A program made the position numbers and the translations under genes. Source: Octopus vulgaris (lineage: Eukaryota). Taken from it: a stretch of DNA of 64,000 nt. The notes under the pieces are model-generated. The model was not told the origin of the DNA and made no database searches. It saw only the letters and a program-made list of their open reading frames with translations. The first letter of the stretch is position 1; each line of letters begins with the position of its first letter. Positions 26,461-39,333 of this stretch are shown piece by piece. The DNA is taken from the NCBI GenBank assembly GCA_951406725.2, contig OX597816.1, positions 66,216,001 through 66,280,000 of the forward strand, written 5' to 3'.

Positions 26461-26659
26461 ATAGGAAAAGGAAAGATCCAAGGAAGGGAAGACAGAGGAA
26501 AAAAATTGCCAATGGTACACACATGATCACATATATATATATGTGGCTGGGAAGAGCAGGCAGTGTATATCTGTCTGGTGGCTTAGGTGAAAGAAACTGT
26601 GTGATGAACAAAATTGAAAGGGCTGAAGAGAGACATCTTTTGCAAAACTCTCATTTCTT

Positions 26660-26936
26660 TGAGACTTTCTGAACAGTTTTATCTGCTTCAAACTTACCTC
26701 TAATTCAAGTGATGGTAAGTTGTGTTGGTGGATCTCTTTGAAACTTTCTCGTAAATTGTCTTTGCACTTCAAATACATTTTCAGAGATCCAGTTGCACTT
26801 TAGGCTACATTTCTTTTGTTCAAAGATTAATCCAGTCCTCTTCATTATTTCTAATGGACTAAATCTAAAAAAAAAAAAAAATGAAATTTATGTGCATTAT
26901 CAAATATTAAAGTATGTATACATTTTTGGAGACACT
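26660..26936 (-). mobile_element. 5' remnant of a rosa/DD41D-like (DUF4817 HTH) Tc1-mariner element
   Basis: Terminus TA|CAGTGTCTCCAAAAA and peptide WISENVFEVQRQFTRKFQRDPPTQLTIT. Confidence 0.7.
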
Positions 26937-27800
26937 GTATGTGTGTGTGTGTGTGTTCCTTGAAATCATAGAAGTGCTATCATTACATATGGTATGTCTT
27001 GGACATTTTTAGACTTGACAAAACCCTCTTTCTATAACATGAATACAGAAAAGAGTAGACGAACAGAAATAAAGAGAGACAGAATGAAGAGGAAGAATCA
27101 ATCCTAGTAAAGAACTGGGAACTTATATGTGGCTTGTTAAAGGATGAAAGGTAAAGATAATCATAGTGGAATTTGAACTCGGAGCACAAAGTTTAGGAAA
27201 CAATTACCATAAGGTAATTTATCCAAATCTCTGACAACTCAGCCAACTCAGCTTACATGCATGCACACATGCATGCTCACACACACATGCACGCGCTTGT
27301 ACACACGCACGTGCACACACACATTGTTAGAGTTTAGCTCCAGGTCACCTAGATTCTGAAGACCCACAATGAAAGGCATTAAAACTGTGATATTCTATCT
27401 TTCTTCAAGACACAGTGCATTTAGGAGTACATCATCTAATATCTACTTCCTTTTCTAAGGCATTTGAAAATGATTCAGGAGATTTAGCTGCTATCTCTAG
27501 CAGGTCAAGTCACCACTTATAGGCTTAAACATTGGCTTGTGGCATAGTGATCTAGAGTGTTTAGAATTTGTGTGTGGATATTTGGTAGAGGTGGGGAATG
27601 GTAATGGAATGTCAGGAACTGTGATGATTGTAGCTCGTTGCACAACAAGAAATTAAGCCTTCACAACATTAGTTCATTGCGATCTGAATAAAATTTGCCA
27701 ACTAATATAAGCAGCTTCATTGACTGTATAAAGGCAGCCTAGTTGATTTGTATAGAAGATTCGTTCCTCATTGATTCATTACAAGCTTGTAGTTGCTGCT

Positions 27801-28186
27801 GCTGTTGTTGTTGATGTTGAGCGAACGGTCTTTGTTCCAGAGCTCGCAAGATGGGAGAAGTCCGAAACATGGTCCTTTGCTATTCATAAGACCTGCAGAA
27901 AAGAAAGCAGGTCAACCCCCAACACCGAGAGCATCGACGGATGGATGAATGCGCATCCAGGCTCAGCAGTTGTGTAGGAAGTTGGGGACAAGAAACAGGA
28001 AGAAAGAGTGAGAGAAAGTTGGAGCGAAAGAGTACAACAGGGGTCACCACCACCCCTTGCCAGAGATTCGTGGAGCTTTAGGTGTTTTCACTCAATAAAT
28101 AGAAACAACGTCCGGTCTGGGAATCAAAACCGTGATTCTCCGACCACGAGTCCGCTACCCTAACCACTGGGCCATTGTACCTCCAC
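27801..28186 (-). mobile_element. SINE family E, copy 2
   Basis: TSD TGTAGTTGCTGCT and homology to copy 1. Confidence 0.85.
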
Positions 28187-29357
28187 TGTAGTTGCTGCTA
28201 CTGTTGTTGTTGTTGTTGTTGTCGTCGTTCTTGTTGCTTACACCCCAAACAACTCTTATTGAACAGATATGTGATTCCGTGACATTCCGGCAATAATCAA
28301 CCCAACACGTTCTGTGTCAGGAACTGCATTATTCAATGTATCCTTTTCTTGTTTAAGATTATTGGAATGTGATTTCAAGAAGATTTCATTACTATTTCTA
28401 GCAGGTGATGTGATCATGCAAAGACCCTCTCATTAGTTAATTACAAACTTAATTGGAGTTTAAGGAGATTTCTTTTCAAATTACTACCTGAGGGCGATGT
28501 TACCTATTACTATCCTATCACCTGTACAGTGTTATATCTACAGCAAAGACACATTCTCTCAAGCTTTAAATTGATCATCATCATCATCATCATTGTTTAA
28601 CGTCCGCTTTCCATGCTAGCATGGGTTGGACGATTTTGACTGAGGGCTGGCGAACCAGATGGCTGCACCAGGCTCCAATCTTGATTTGGCAGAGTTTCTA
28701 CAGCTGGATGCCCTTCCTAATGCCAACCACACCGAGAGTGTAGTGGGTGCTTTTTACGTGCCACCAGCACGGGACAGTCAGGTGGTACTGGCAACGACCT
28801 CGCTTGAATCTTTTTACACATGCCACCAGCACAGGTGCTAGTAAGGCAACATTGGTAACGATCACACTCGAATGGTGCCCTTTTTTACGTGTCACTGGCA
28901 CGATCACACTCGGATGGTGCTCTTGGCACCCTACTAGCACGGGACACAAGTGCCAGTAAGGCGATGCTGGTAATGATCACACTCGAATGGTGTCTTTTAT
29001 GTGCCACTGGCATGGAAGCCGGTTAGCCGCTCTGTCAACGATCACGCTCGTATGGTGCTCTTTGCACCCTGCTTGTACGCTCAAAGAGAAATACATTTTA
29101 CTACTATAAGTAAGCTTCTCACCTTCTTACCTGGGTTACTGACCTTAGATATCACATTTCACACTTTCAAGAACTATATTCTTAACTTCAATGGCCAACT
29201 TAGTTGGTCATTCTCCCATTTCATAGTTGGCCTCGACAGACTTCAACCACATCCTTACTGTATTCTTGGGATATTCTATTGTTTGTAAAATTTCTTCTCA
29301 TTTGATGATTAAAGTCTTTTGTAATGGAGTAATGTTCTCATATAAAAAGAATAATAA

Positions 29358-29665
29358 TAATGAAATTATTGTATACAGTGCTCAGGTGCACCACAACTTG
29401 TCAAAAGTGCATATAAAGCATATGCAGTAATGTACAAATGTCTGGAAAGCGAACAGTGTATGAGTCATATACATGCTTGCGTGTGCATGGAGGGGAGAAA
29501 ATCAGGTGTAGTGTTGGCGAATCTCAGGAAGCATGGAAGTTTTGAAGGATGCAGTGCTCTGACAACTAACAACTGATGCTGGCAGTTTGTTCCATGCTTC
29601 AGCAACTCTTAGCGTGAAAAAATGTTTCCGAAAGTCATGGGAGCTGTGCTGTTTTCTGACTTTAT
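29358..29665 (-). mobile_element. 3' end of the CR1-like LINE also present at 37778
   Basis: Shared TGTATACAGTGCTCAGGT and GTTTCCGAAAGTCATGGG blocks. Confidence 0.7.
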
Positions 29666-32600
29666 CATTCTTCTATTAAAAACTTAAGTAAGAAACAGTT
29701 GTAATGAGCTGACAGTTATCTATTGTATGTTATTATTCATTTGATTATATATGTACTTATGTATATAAGTAGGTATATGGAAGGGCATCCAGCCATAGGA
29801 ACCATAACAAAACTGACAATTGGGCCTGGACAGCTCTCTAGTAAGAGTGGCTGTGTGGTAAGTAGCTTGCTTACGAACCACATGATTCTGGGTTCAGTCC
29901 CACTGCGTGGCACCTTAGGCAAGTGTCTTATGCTATAGCCCCAGGCCGACCAAAACCTTGTGAATGGATTTGGTAGATGGAAACTGAAAGAAGCCCGTCG
30001 TATATATATGTATATATGTGTGTGTGTGTGTATATGTATGTGTGTGTGTCTGTGTTTGTCCCCCCAACATCGCTTGACAACTGATGGTGGTGTGTTTACG
30101 TCCCCATAACTTAGTGGTTTGGCAAAAGAGACTGATAGAATAAGTACAAGGCTTACAAAGAATAAGTCCTGGGATCGATTTGCTTGACTACAGGCAGTGC
30201 TCCAGCATGGCCACAGTCAAATGACTGAAACAAGTAAAAGAGCTCCTGTCAAACTGTCCAATCCATGCCAGCATGGAAAACATATATTGAATGATGATGA
30301 TGATGATGATGATATCTGCATATATATAGATATAAATTTATGCGTGTATAAATGTGCATATGCATGGCCTAGTGGTTAGAGTGTGACCCTTATGATCACG
30401 AGATCGTGATTTCATATCCCAGGCTGAGTGGTGCATTGTGTTCTTGAGCAAAACACTTCATCTCACTTCATTGTTCTGCGATCACTTCGACACTTGATGC
30501 ATGGTACACTGTGCATCTGTTCGAGCAACAGTGATTTAATGGAAGGAGTCGGCTAATATACGGCACATGCATTTGATCACTATAAATAAATCATTTGTGC
30601 AGAGCATATCGTCTTCAGTGGGAGAATCCATCATATATATATGTGTGTGTGTGTACTCTATGCATAATGTGTTTTATGAATGTTTATGAAGAAGTAATTG
30701 ATATCAATGTACATACATATAGATAAAATGCTACATTATACTTGTGGCTTCGGTGAAAGAGACAATAATGTTGTGAAGTAGGTCAGTTACATAGCAAACC
30801 TCAACTGTTGTATTCCACTCAAGCTCGCTTGAATGTTTGTGTTTTAGAAGTGCTCTGTTTGGAAGAAATTGTATAAAAATCCATTAATGCAGAATCTTTG
30901 TAGTGTGTTTGTGTGTGTAAGAATGCATGTTTGTGTTTACAAGCCTGAATATATGTTGAGGATGTGTATGTGGTACTTCATGTTGATCCGTTTCTGTATT
31001 TGCATAAATTCTTGCATGTTCATGTTGGTGAGTGTGTACTGACATCTAGGTATTTATAATCTATGTCAGTGTGTATATGACTGTCTGCATAAAGATGTAC
31101 TACTGTCTAGGTCTGCATCTGTATACATACATACATACATGTGTGTGTGTGTGTGCATGAATATGTATAGCCCCTATATACACATAAATGCATGGCTGCA
31201 GTCAAATGACTGAAACAAGTAAAAGAATAAAAGAATATATATGTCTGTGTATATATACACTCACTCACACATGCATGCACACACACACACATGCATGCAA
31301 ACTCATATATAGTTAAATGAGAAGATTACCTAACTAGTTTCACCCTTGATAAATCAGGTCAGGGGTTGTTCACCTCTCATTTCAACTGTCAAAGATGAGC
31401 AGAATATACTATTACTAGTATAAAGAAATTTACTTACAAAATTGACAGCCAAGATTTGGCTGCTATTTCTAGAAGGCCAAACATTCATATAGAGGCCTCC
31501 TTAATGGCTGAAAAGATTTTTTTAAAAAAAACTATCATCATAGGAGAAACAACATTACATAATTTACTGGGTTTGTGTGCAATAATTCAGAGATAGATAC
31601 AATGCTGTGTTTTTTCATAATATCTCTTTTGTTGCCACAAGAAAATTTTAACCATTTTACTGTGGATTTCAGATATAGCCACTCAAAATTTCACTACCTT
31701 TAACTACTGAAAGCAGTTTTATATACCAATCTCCATTTTGTTGTAGAATGTCATCATCATCATCATCATCGTCGTTTAACGTCCACTTTCCATGCTAGCA
31801 TGGGTTGGACGGTTTGACTGTGGGCTGGCGAACCAGATGGCTGCACCAGGCTCCAATCTTGATCTGGCAGAGTTTCTACAGCTGGATGTCCTTCCTAACG
31901 CCAACCACTCTGAGAGTGTAGTGGGTACTTTTACGTGCCACCGGCACAGGTGCCAGTCACGCAGTACTGGCAATGACCTCACTCGAATTTTTACTTGGAT
32001 CATAGAGTGACCCGCTGTTCTTGAGGAGACCTGTTGAGTCAAGTTCGTCAACATGAAAAAATTCGAATGGAAATTGTAGTTAAGACACCCATACCGGTGA
32101 CACGTAAAAGCACCATTTGAGCGTAGCAGTTACAAGCATCCATGTCAGTGACACGTAAAAGCACCAACCGATCGTGGCCGTTTACCAGCCTGCTCTGGCT
32201 CCTGTGCCAGTGGCACTTAAAAAACACCTACTACACTCACGGAGTGGTTGGCGTTTGGAAGGGCATCCAGCTGTAGAAACACTCCCCAACTCAGACTGGA
32301 GCCTGGTGCAGCCTCCATGGCTTACCAGACCCCAATCGAACCGTCCAACCTATGCTAGCATGGAAAACGGACGTTAAATGATGATGATGATGGACCAGTC
32401 AGGCGGTACTGGCGACGACCTTGCTTGAACTTTTTTACAGATGCCAATGGCACAGGTGCCAGTAAGGCGATGCTGGTAACGATCCCGCTGAATGGTGCCT
32501 CCTACATGTCACTGGCACGGAAGCCAGTTAGCTGCTCTGGCAACAATCATATTTGAAACTATTTTTTGTTGAGATATGTTAAGTTTATTGAGGGAACATG

Positions 32601-33049
32601 ACTTGCAAAAAATACCAATTCTATTTTTTTGGTAGATATTTGACATCATTACTGGAATAACCGTGCAATTTAATTTCACAGTTATAGGGTTGAATCAGTA
32701 ATGTAAGGTAATGAAACACTTTTCAACTATACAGTGAGTAATTCTGTCTATACCAGTAATATATTCTTCTCTGTGGTATCCATTGAAAGCTAGAAGGATT
32801 AGACTACTTAGTAAAATATATGTTTCAGTTAAAGTACTGTACTGAGGAGTCGTCAAATCTTCAGGTCAGATAATTAAAAGAGAAAATAGTATTTCCAAAG
32901 CCATGAGGGATTAAGAGCCAGTATTTAACTTCTGTTTCATCAAACCTTAAATCTTCTACTGAGTGAGATGTTGCTATCCGTTGTAAATCTCATAAATGAT
33001 TTAGTCATGCCTGACAGAAGGATTTGGAGACAGGAAGTTAAGTTTAATG

Positions 33050-33641
33050 TGGTGGTCCTCAACTGAGGTCCATATGACCCTTTAGGGTCCATGTAAGATT
33101 TTGTTAAAAATTATGTGCAATAAATTGGTTATACTCCTACAATGTGAAGGCACATGGCTCAGTGGTTAGAGTGTCGAGCTTACAATCATGAGGTTGTGAG
33201 TTTGATTCCCGGACTGGGCTGCATGTTGTGTTGTTGAGCAAGACACTTTATTTCACTTTGCTTCAGTTAATTCAGCTGTAGAAATGAGTTGCAACATCAC
33301 TGCTGCCAAGCTGTATCGGCCTTTGCCTTTCCCTTGGATAACATCAGAGGGGAGGCCGGTATGCATGGACGACTGCTGGCATTCCATAAACAACCTTGCC
33401 CAGACTTGTACCTCGGAGGGTAACTCTCTAGGTGCAACCCCATGGTCATTCATGACTGAAGGGGGTCTCCCCACTCCTACAATACACAAAATATTTTAAT
33501 ATTTTTATACACTTCCTAATAATATTCAGCTATAGAAATATAATGGGATTTTTAAAACATCAAATGGTTATGAGGGTTCATCTGAGTAAAACAGGAATCC
33601 CAGGGGTCCACAGGTAAAAAAAAAAATGGTTGAGAACAACT
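33050..33641. mobile_element. hAT-like MITE interrupted by a family B SINE (33143-33472, TSD ACTCCTACAA)
   Basis: Termini ...GTGGTCCTCAAC and GTTGAGAACAACTG. Related degenerate copies at about 13803-14072 and 34290-34563. Confidence 0.65.
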
Positions 33642-35210
33642 GGTTTAATGGCGAAAACACACAACAAAACATGTAGTTCAATATCTTATCCACTCAACTT
33701 TGTGATAAGCTGACTGAAACCTTATCAAGCCAGCTGTCTCTCTCAATACAAAGCTGTTGGTGTTATGTAAGAGCTTGATGTACATACATGAATTTGCAAA
33801 GTAGAGAAAGAGAACAACCCACGAAGACACATGTAAAAATGGCAAAGGCTGATCTCAGGGTATTGAACCTCACAGAAATGGCAACAAAAGAACCATGATG
33901 ATTTGGCAGTGGGAGGCATTGTATTGAAACTGACTTGTCCAATTCATGATAGCATGGAAAAGTAAGCATAATGTTGACAAGGATGATAATGATTTCGTGT
34001 AAACATGTCTAAGTTGAAAAGAGAATAGTGTCAGTTATGTAAGCTAATAATATTTGCTATGCACACGCACATGACCTGTCTGTGCTAATTTTTCAATAGC
34101 CCAGACAAAGCTAAATAGCTTCTTTCAATGCTATTGTGATACTGGCAGGTCACATAATTTCTAGCTCTACTGATAGCTGGAATAATTACAACTGATGTTA
34201 AGGCTTAACCCTCAAGTCAAAGCTGTTGTCCTATTCTAACTGCAACCATTATGTTGTCTGTGAAGTACTTCCAACTACTTTATCTAACATAGCAGTTCTG
34301 AGACTTATTTTGCTGTGGAACCCTTATATGATTTTCCAAAAATCGTGGAACCCATACTTACATTTCACAGACAACAGTCACCACTATAATCTTAATATGA
34401 TATTGTTTTAGAGAATTTATTCTTATAAAATACATGTATGACATGCATTTGAAGTGTTGAATGTTTTTTTTTATAAAAGAAATTTTTATTAAATTTTATT
34501 AAAAGACTTAATTTCCTGCAGAACCCCTGAATTATTTCAAGGAACCTGCTTCGAGAAACACTGATCTAATGTATCCTTTTCTTATTTTAAGATGGTAGGG
34601 TGTAATTTGAGGGGGATTCAACTGCTATTTTCAGCAGGTCAGGTGACTGTTGTCAGCTCATGTTTTTGTCATTATTGTCATTACTTGGGCCAAAGTTACC
34701 CCATAACAAACAGATCTACAACCAACCTGTCTTTTGTGCAGTATCTAGGATTATATTATCTAATGCATCTTTACATCTTTAAAATGATAAGGTATAATCT
34801 GAGGCAAAAATCTATCTGGTTCAGGTTCTCTCTCTCTCTCTCTCTCACTCTCTCTCTCTTTCCTTTTCCCTCTTTAATAGATGTTCATAGTCATGTTGTG
34901 AAAGGAAATGTGGTAAACCAGTTTTTATTTATATAGGCATAGGAATGGCTATCTGGTAGGTAGCTTGCTTACCAACCACATGGTTCCAGGTTCAGTCCCA
35001 CTGCATGGCACCTTGGACAAGTGTCTTCTACTATAGCCTCGGGCCGACCAAAGCCTTGCGAGTGGATTTGGTAGATGGAAACTGAAAGAATCCCATCGTA
35101 TATCTGTGTTTGTCCCCCCCAACATCGCTTGACAACCGATGCTGGTGTGTTTGCGTCCCCGTAACTTAGCGGTTCAGCAAAAGAGACCGATAGAATAAGT
35201 ACTAGGCTTA

Positions 35211-36501
35211 CGAGGGACGTTCAATAAGTAATGCCTCTGACTCACTTGCAGTTGTTTGATCTAGCTGAAATTTTGCATGTGCAATCATTTATATCTCTAT
35301 AGAGTAAGTGGCAAATTACAGCTCTGAATTAATTGTGGTTTCTGATTTACAGGTGTTTGAACCGAGTCAAGTGTGAAATGGAGCCTGTTGAGTGTCGAGC
35401 AGTGATCCGGTTTTTGTATTTGAAAGGACGCACACCACGGGAGACTTTTGATGAAATGAAAGTAACTTATGGTGATGATGCCCCATCATATGACCTTGTA
35501 AAACGCTGGCATCGTGAATTCAAACATGGTCGGAACTCTGTGGAAACAGCTCCCAGATCAGGTCGCCCCCTTCTGCCGTTGATGAGGCATCTGTCCATCA
35601 AGTTGAGGCTGCCATTTTGGAAGATCGACGCATAATTATTCGCCAAATAGCCCATGAGGTCAAGATTATTACCGGGTCTGTGGAAACTATCATTCATGAC
35701 CATTTTCATATGCAAAAGGTGTCTGCCAGATGGATTCCCAGGTTGCTCACGCCTTTCCAGAAGCAAGAACGTGTCGAGTGCTCGAGGGTGAATTTGGAGA
35801 TGTGCCAAGAAGATGAGTTAAAATTTTTCAAAAGACTGATTACACAGAATGAAACCTGGGTCCATCACGATGATCCAGAGACCAAAGCCCAGTCAATGCA
35901 GTGGAAGCACCGTGACTCACCCCCTCCAAAGAAGGCAAGGGTGCAGCCCTCCGCTGGCAAGGTCATGCTCACAGTCTTCTGGGACCAGGACGGAGTAGTG
36001 ATGACAGATTTCCTGGCAAAGGGTACCACAATTGCAGGAGCCTATTTTGCTTCACTTTTGAGGAAATTAAGAGAAGTTATCAAAATCAAGAGGCGGGGCA
36101 AGATCAGCAAAGGCATCCTCCTCCTGCAGGACAACGCTCCGGTCCACAACTCGCTTGTCGCCAGATCAGAAGCACAGGCGTATGGCTATGAACTCCTCCC
36201 CATCCCCCCAACTTTCCTGACCTTGCACCCTCTGATTTTCACCTCTTCCTAATCATGAAGTTGTTTTTGAAAGGAAAGCGTTTCCCAGATGATGCAGCCT
36301 TGATTTCTGAAGTCACGTTGAGGTTGGAGGACCAAGCTGGGTTCTTCTACAAAAACGGTCTCCAGAGCCACATCAAACGATGGGAGAAATGCGTAACTTT
36401 GGGTGGTTCCTATGTAGAAAAAGACTAATAACTGTGCAAAGTTTCGTTGCTCTACTGCTATGGGAAGTGGGTCAGGGGCATTACTTATTGAACGCCCCTC
36501 G
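35211..36501 (+). mobile_element. Full-length mariner (DD34D type) inserted at a TA within a family C SINE; transposase disrupted
   Basis: TIRs CGAGGG(A/G)CGTTCAATAAGTAATGCC, TA duplication, 1291 bp. Motifs RSGRP, WIPRLL, ITQNETW (catalytic D changed to N) and LLQDNA. Frameshifts near 35570 and 36200. Confidence 0.97.
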
Positions 36502-37189
36502 TACAAAAGAATAAGTCCTGGGGTCGATTTGCTTGACTAAAGGCGGTGCTCCAGCATGGCCACAGTCAAATGACTGAAACAAGTAAAAGAATAAAAAAAA
36601 AGAATTAAAATTCACCAAACAAAGAGAAGGCTAAGTTTACTTATAATGCTAAATGATCAGGGGTGGGGCACAAAGATTTGGGAGCCCAAGGATGACAATG
36701 TTTAATTTGATTTGGGTCACTAAACTGTACTTAAACAGCAGATATGGGTGCAGGCTTTGCTGCATGGTAATTTTAAGGAGATCAAATAGTGAAAATCTAC
36801 AAAATAATAAACTAGATCTTCGTTTTACCTGTATGCATAAGAATACCTGCATGTTTAAATACTTTAAGGACATTAAACAACTTCTATAATAACCCCACCC
36901 AACCTTGATCCAGTCTAATTTACTCCCTCTTTCGCTGACCCTTTAGTCAATAGATCTACCTATTTGTTTCTGAGTCCTCCTAGTCTCATTTTCCCTTTAC
37001 CTATACCTTTTAACCAATCTTACTATTCTTGCATGGTATGCTATATAGAAGGAACAAACCATTCTATCTGTGGCGTACCCAGTATTATAGCCCTAGGTGA
37101 ACCAAAGCCTTGTGAATGGATTTGGTAGACAAAAACTGAAAGAAACCGATCATATATGTCTGTCTGTCTGTCTCTCTATCTATCTATCT

Positions 37190-37395
37190 ATCACCACCAA
37201 CAACAGAGGCAGCACCATCACCACCACCACCATCACACCACCACCACCACCACCACCACCACCAACACCAATGACAACACAAGCATCCAACCCAGAAGAA
37301 AAAAACTAATACTCCATCCCCCATCAACCCATACATCACATCCCAACAACCTCCAACCAACACCAACAAAAACAACATCAACAACAACACACTCA
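37190..37395. repeat. (CAC/CAA)n low-complexity tract
   Basis: Direct reading. Confidence 0.85.
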
Positions 37396-37777
37396 CAAAT
37401 TGATCCTAATACCTTTCCCCTCCCTTCTTCTGATTCCTCCAACATATCGTTGGACTAAGGGCGATACAGAAGAATGGCAAATGGCCACAGGGGAGAAGAA
37501 AAGAGGAAAAGAAAAGAAAAGACACTCCATCAAAGCAAGAAGAGTCCCTACTCCTGAAAACAGCTCCCTCACAAATCACACACATTACTACCAACACTAC
37601 CTATTTCTTTACTACCCACAAGGGGCTAAATACAGAAGGGACAAACAAGGACAGACAAATGGATTAAGTTGATTATATCAACCCCCAGTGCGTAACTGGT
37701 ACTTATTTAATCGACGCCGAACGGATGAAAGGCAAAGTTGACCTCGGCGGAATTTGAACATACACACATATATAATG

Positions 37778-38720
37778 ATGAAAGAAATTGTTGTATACAG
37801 TGCTCAGGTACACTACAACTAAAAAGAAAAAAAATGGCCATCAGGTGTACTGTTGGCAGATTTAAGGACACATGAAAGTTTTGAAGGATGTAGTGTCTCG
37901 TCAGCTAACAACTGATGTGGGTGGTATATTTCATGCTTCTGCAATTCTGAGCATGAAAAATTGTTTCCGAAAGTCATGGGTGCTGTGTTGGTTTTTTGAT
38001 TTTATAAGCATGTCCGTGAGTGTTTGTCATATGGAATTCAAAAAGGTACCCAAGGTTGTTGTTGGAAATATGGTGGATAATCTTATGGGTGTCAATCAAG
38101 TCAGTTGCCAGATGTCTGAGCTTCAATATATCCATGCCCAGGAATGCAAGACATTCAGATTATGGTAGATGTCTGACAGCAAGTATTCGCTTTGTTGCAC
38201 ATTTCTGAACAGTTTCCAGGAGATTTATATGCTGAGCAAGAGAAGGGTTCCAGACTGGTGATGCAAATTCCAAGTTTGGGTGTACCATTGTCGTATACAA
38301 TTTTAAATAGATAGCTGGAGAGTGGCTGACAAAGGTCTTACTGGGTAATGCTAGTACCCCTCAGCCTTTTTGATAATCTTAGATATGTGGTTTGTCCAAT
38401 GCAGATTGTTGTTTACAATAATACCCAGATCATGTCCACTAGAAGACTTCTTGAGATTGATGTTGCTGAGGGAGTATGTAAAGGCTGGATTTTTCCTCCC
38501 AAAATGCATGGTGACACACTTGTCTACAGCTAGCTTGAGTTCCCAGTAACAGGTCCACTGCTGCATTGTATCCAGGACTGATTGCAGGATAGAATCTATT
38601 CTTTTTATTTCAAGATATAGCTTGGTGACATCTGCATATTTCAGTACTGAAACATTCTTCAAATTGGCATCTATATCATTAATATATGCAACCAACAGTA
38701 AGAATCCAAGAACACTGGCA
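37778..38720 (-). mobile_element. CR1/L2-type LINE, 5'-truncated RT remnant
   Basis: YINDI...KYADVTKLY (degenerate YADD), LQSVLD...W, DKC.TMHFGRKNP, DLGIIV..NLHW..HI. Confidence 0.9.
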
Positions 38721-38739
38721 ATTTTCCAGGAATTCTCAT

Positions 38740-39318
38740 CCTCAAAATAAGAGTAGAGGAACATCGCAAAGCTGTGACACGAGGAGATATTGATAAATCG
38801 GGTATAGCTGATCATGTATGGAAAAATGGAGACCACCTCTCCCTGTGGGATGAAGTTAAAATAATAGACAGAGAACACCACTGGAAAATACGAAAACTAA
38901 AAGAAGCAGCACATATGCTTGGATACAACAACCTCCTAAGCAGACCGAGTGCAAATATGAGTAGCATATGGGAACCAGTATCAAGGAAGGATAGGAAAAT
39001 ATTAGACTTATAAGCCCTAAAATTCACTACATAATGGTTAAGAGTGAGGGCTACTAACCCCAAGATTCCGAGTTCAATTCCAAGCAGTGACCTGAATAAT
39101 AATAATAATAATAATAGTAATAGTAGTAGTAGTAGCAGCAGCAACATTGAAAAATACCTTAGGAATGAGAACCCAGGTTCAAAATTTTCCCAAGACACCT
39201 GATGAAGGCTGGAGAGTATATCAGCTGAAATGTTATGTTAACAACAAACAAGATGAGAACAAAATATCTGTCAAATATAAATAATGTACATAATTCCTCA
39301 TCTCTTAAATATAGAACT
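38740..39318 (+). mobile_element. Penelope-like element 3' end (GIY-YIG C-terminus plus hammerhead-bearing tail)
   Basis: HRKAVTRGDIDKSGIADHVW...WDEVKIIDREHHWKIRKLKEA is a typical PLE endonuclease end. Confidence 0.85.
39195..39238 (+). ncRNA. Minimal type I hammerhead ribozyme motif
   Basis: ACAC-CUGAUGA-A-GGCUG gagaguauau CAGCU-GAAA-UGUU-AUGU downstream of a PLE ORF end. Confidence 0.7.
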
Positions 39319-39333
39319 GTGCCTACTGATCAT

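Noticed and set aside
28478-28545. TCAGGTAGTA on the minus strand, let-7-like
   Set aside because: Mismatch in the seed, the rest does not match let-7, and there is no convincing precursor hairpin.
35378-36430. Mariner ORF as an active or domesticated transposase (SETMAR-like)
   Set aside because: Two frameshifts, first catalytic Asp mutated, TIRs intact and no SET exons.
37097-37458. Poly-His/Pro/Thr ORFs
   Set aside because: Translation of (CAC)n low-complexity DNA, open in several frames on both strands.
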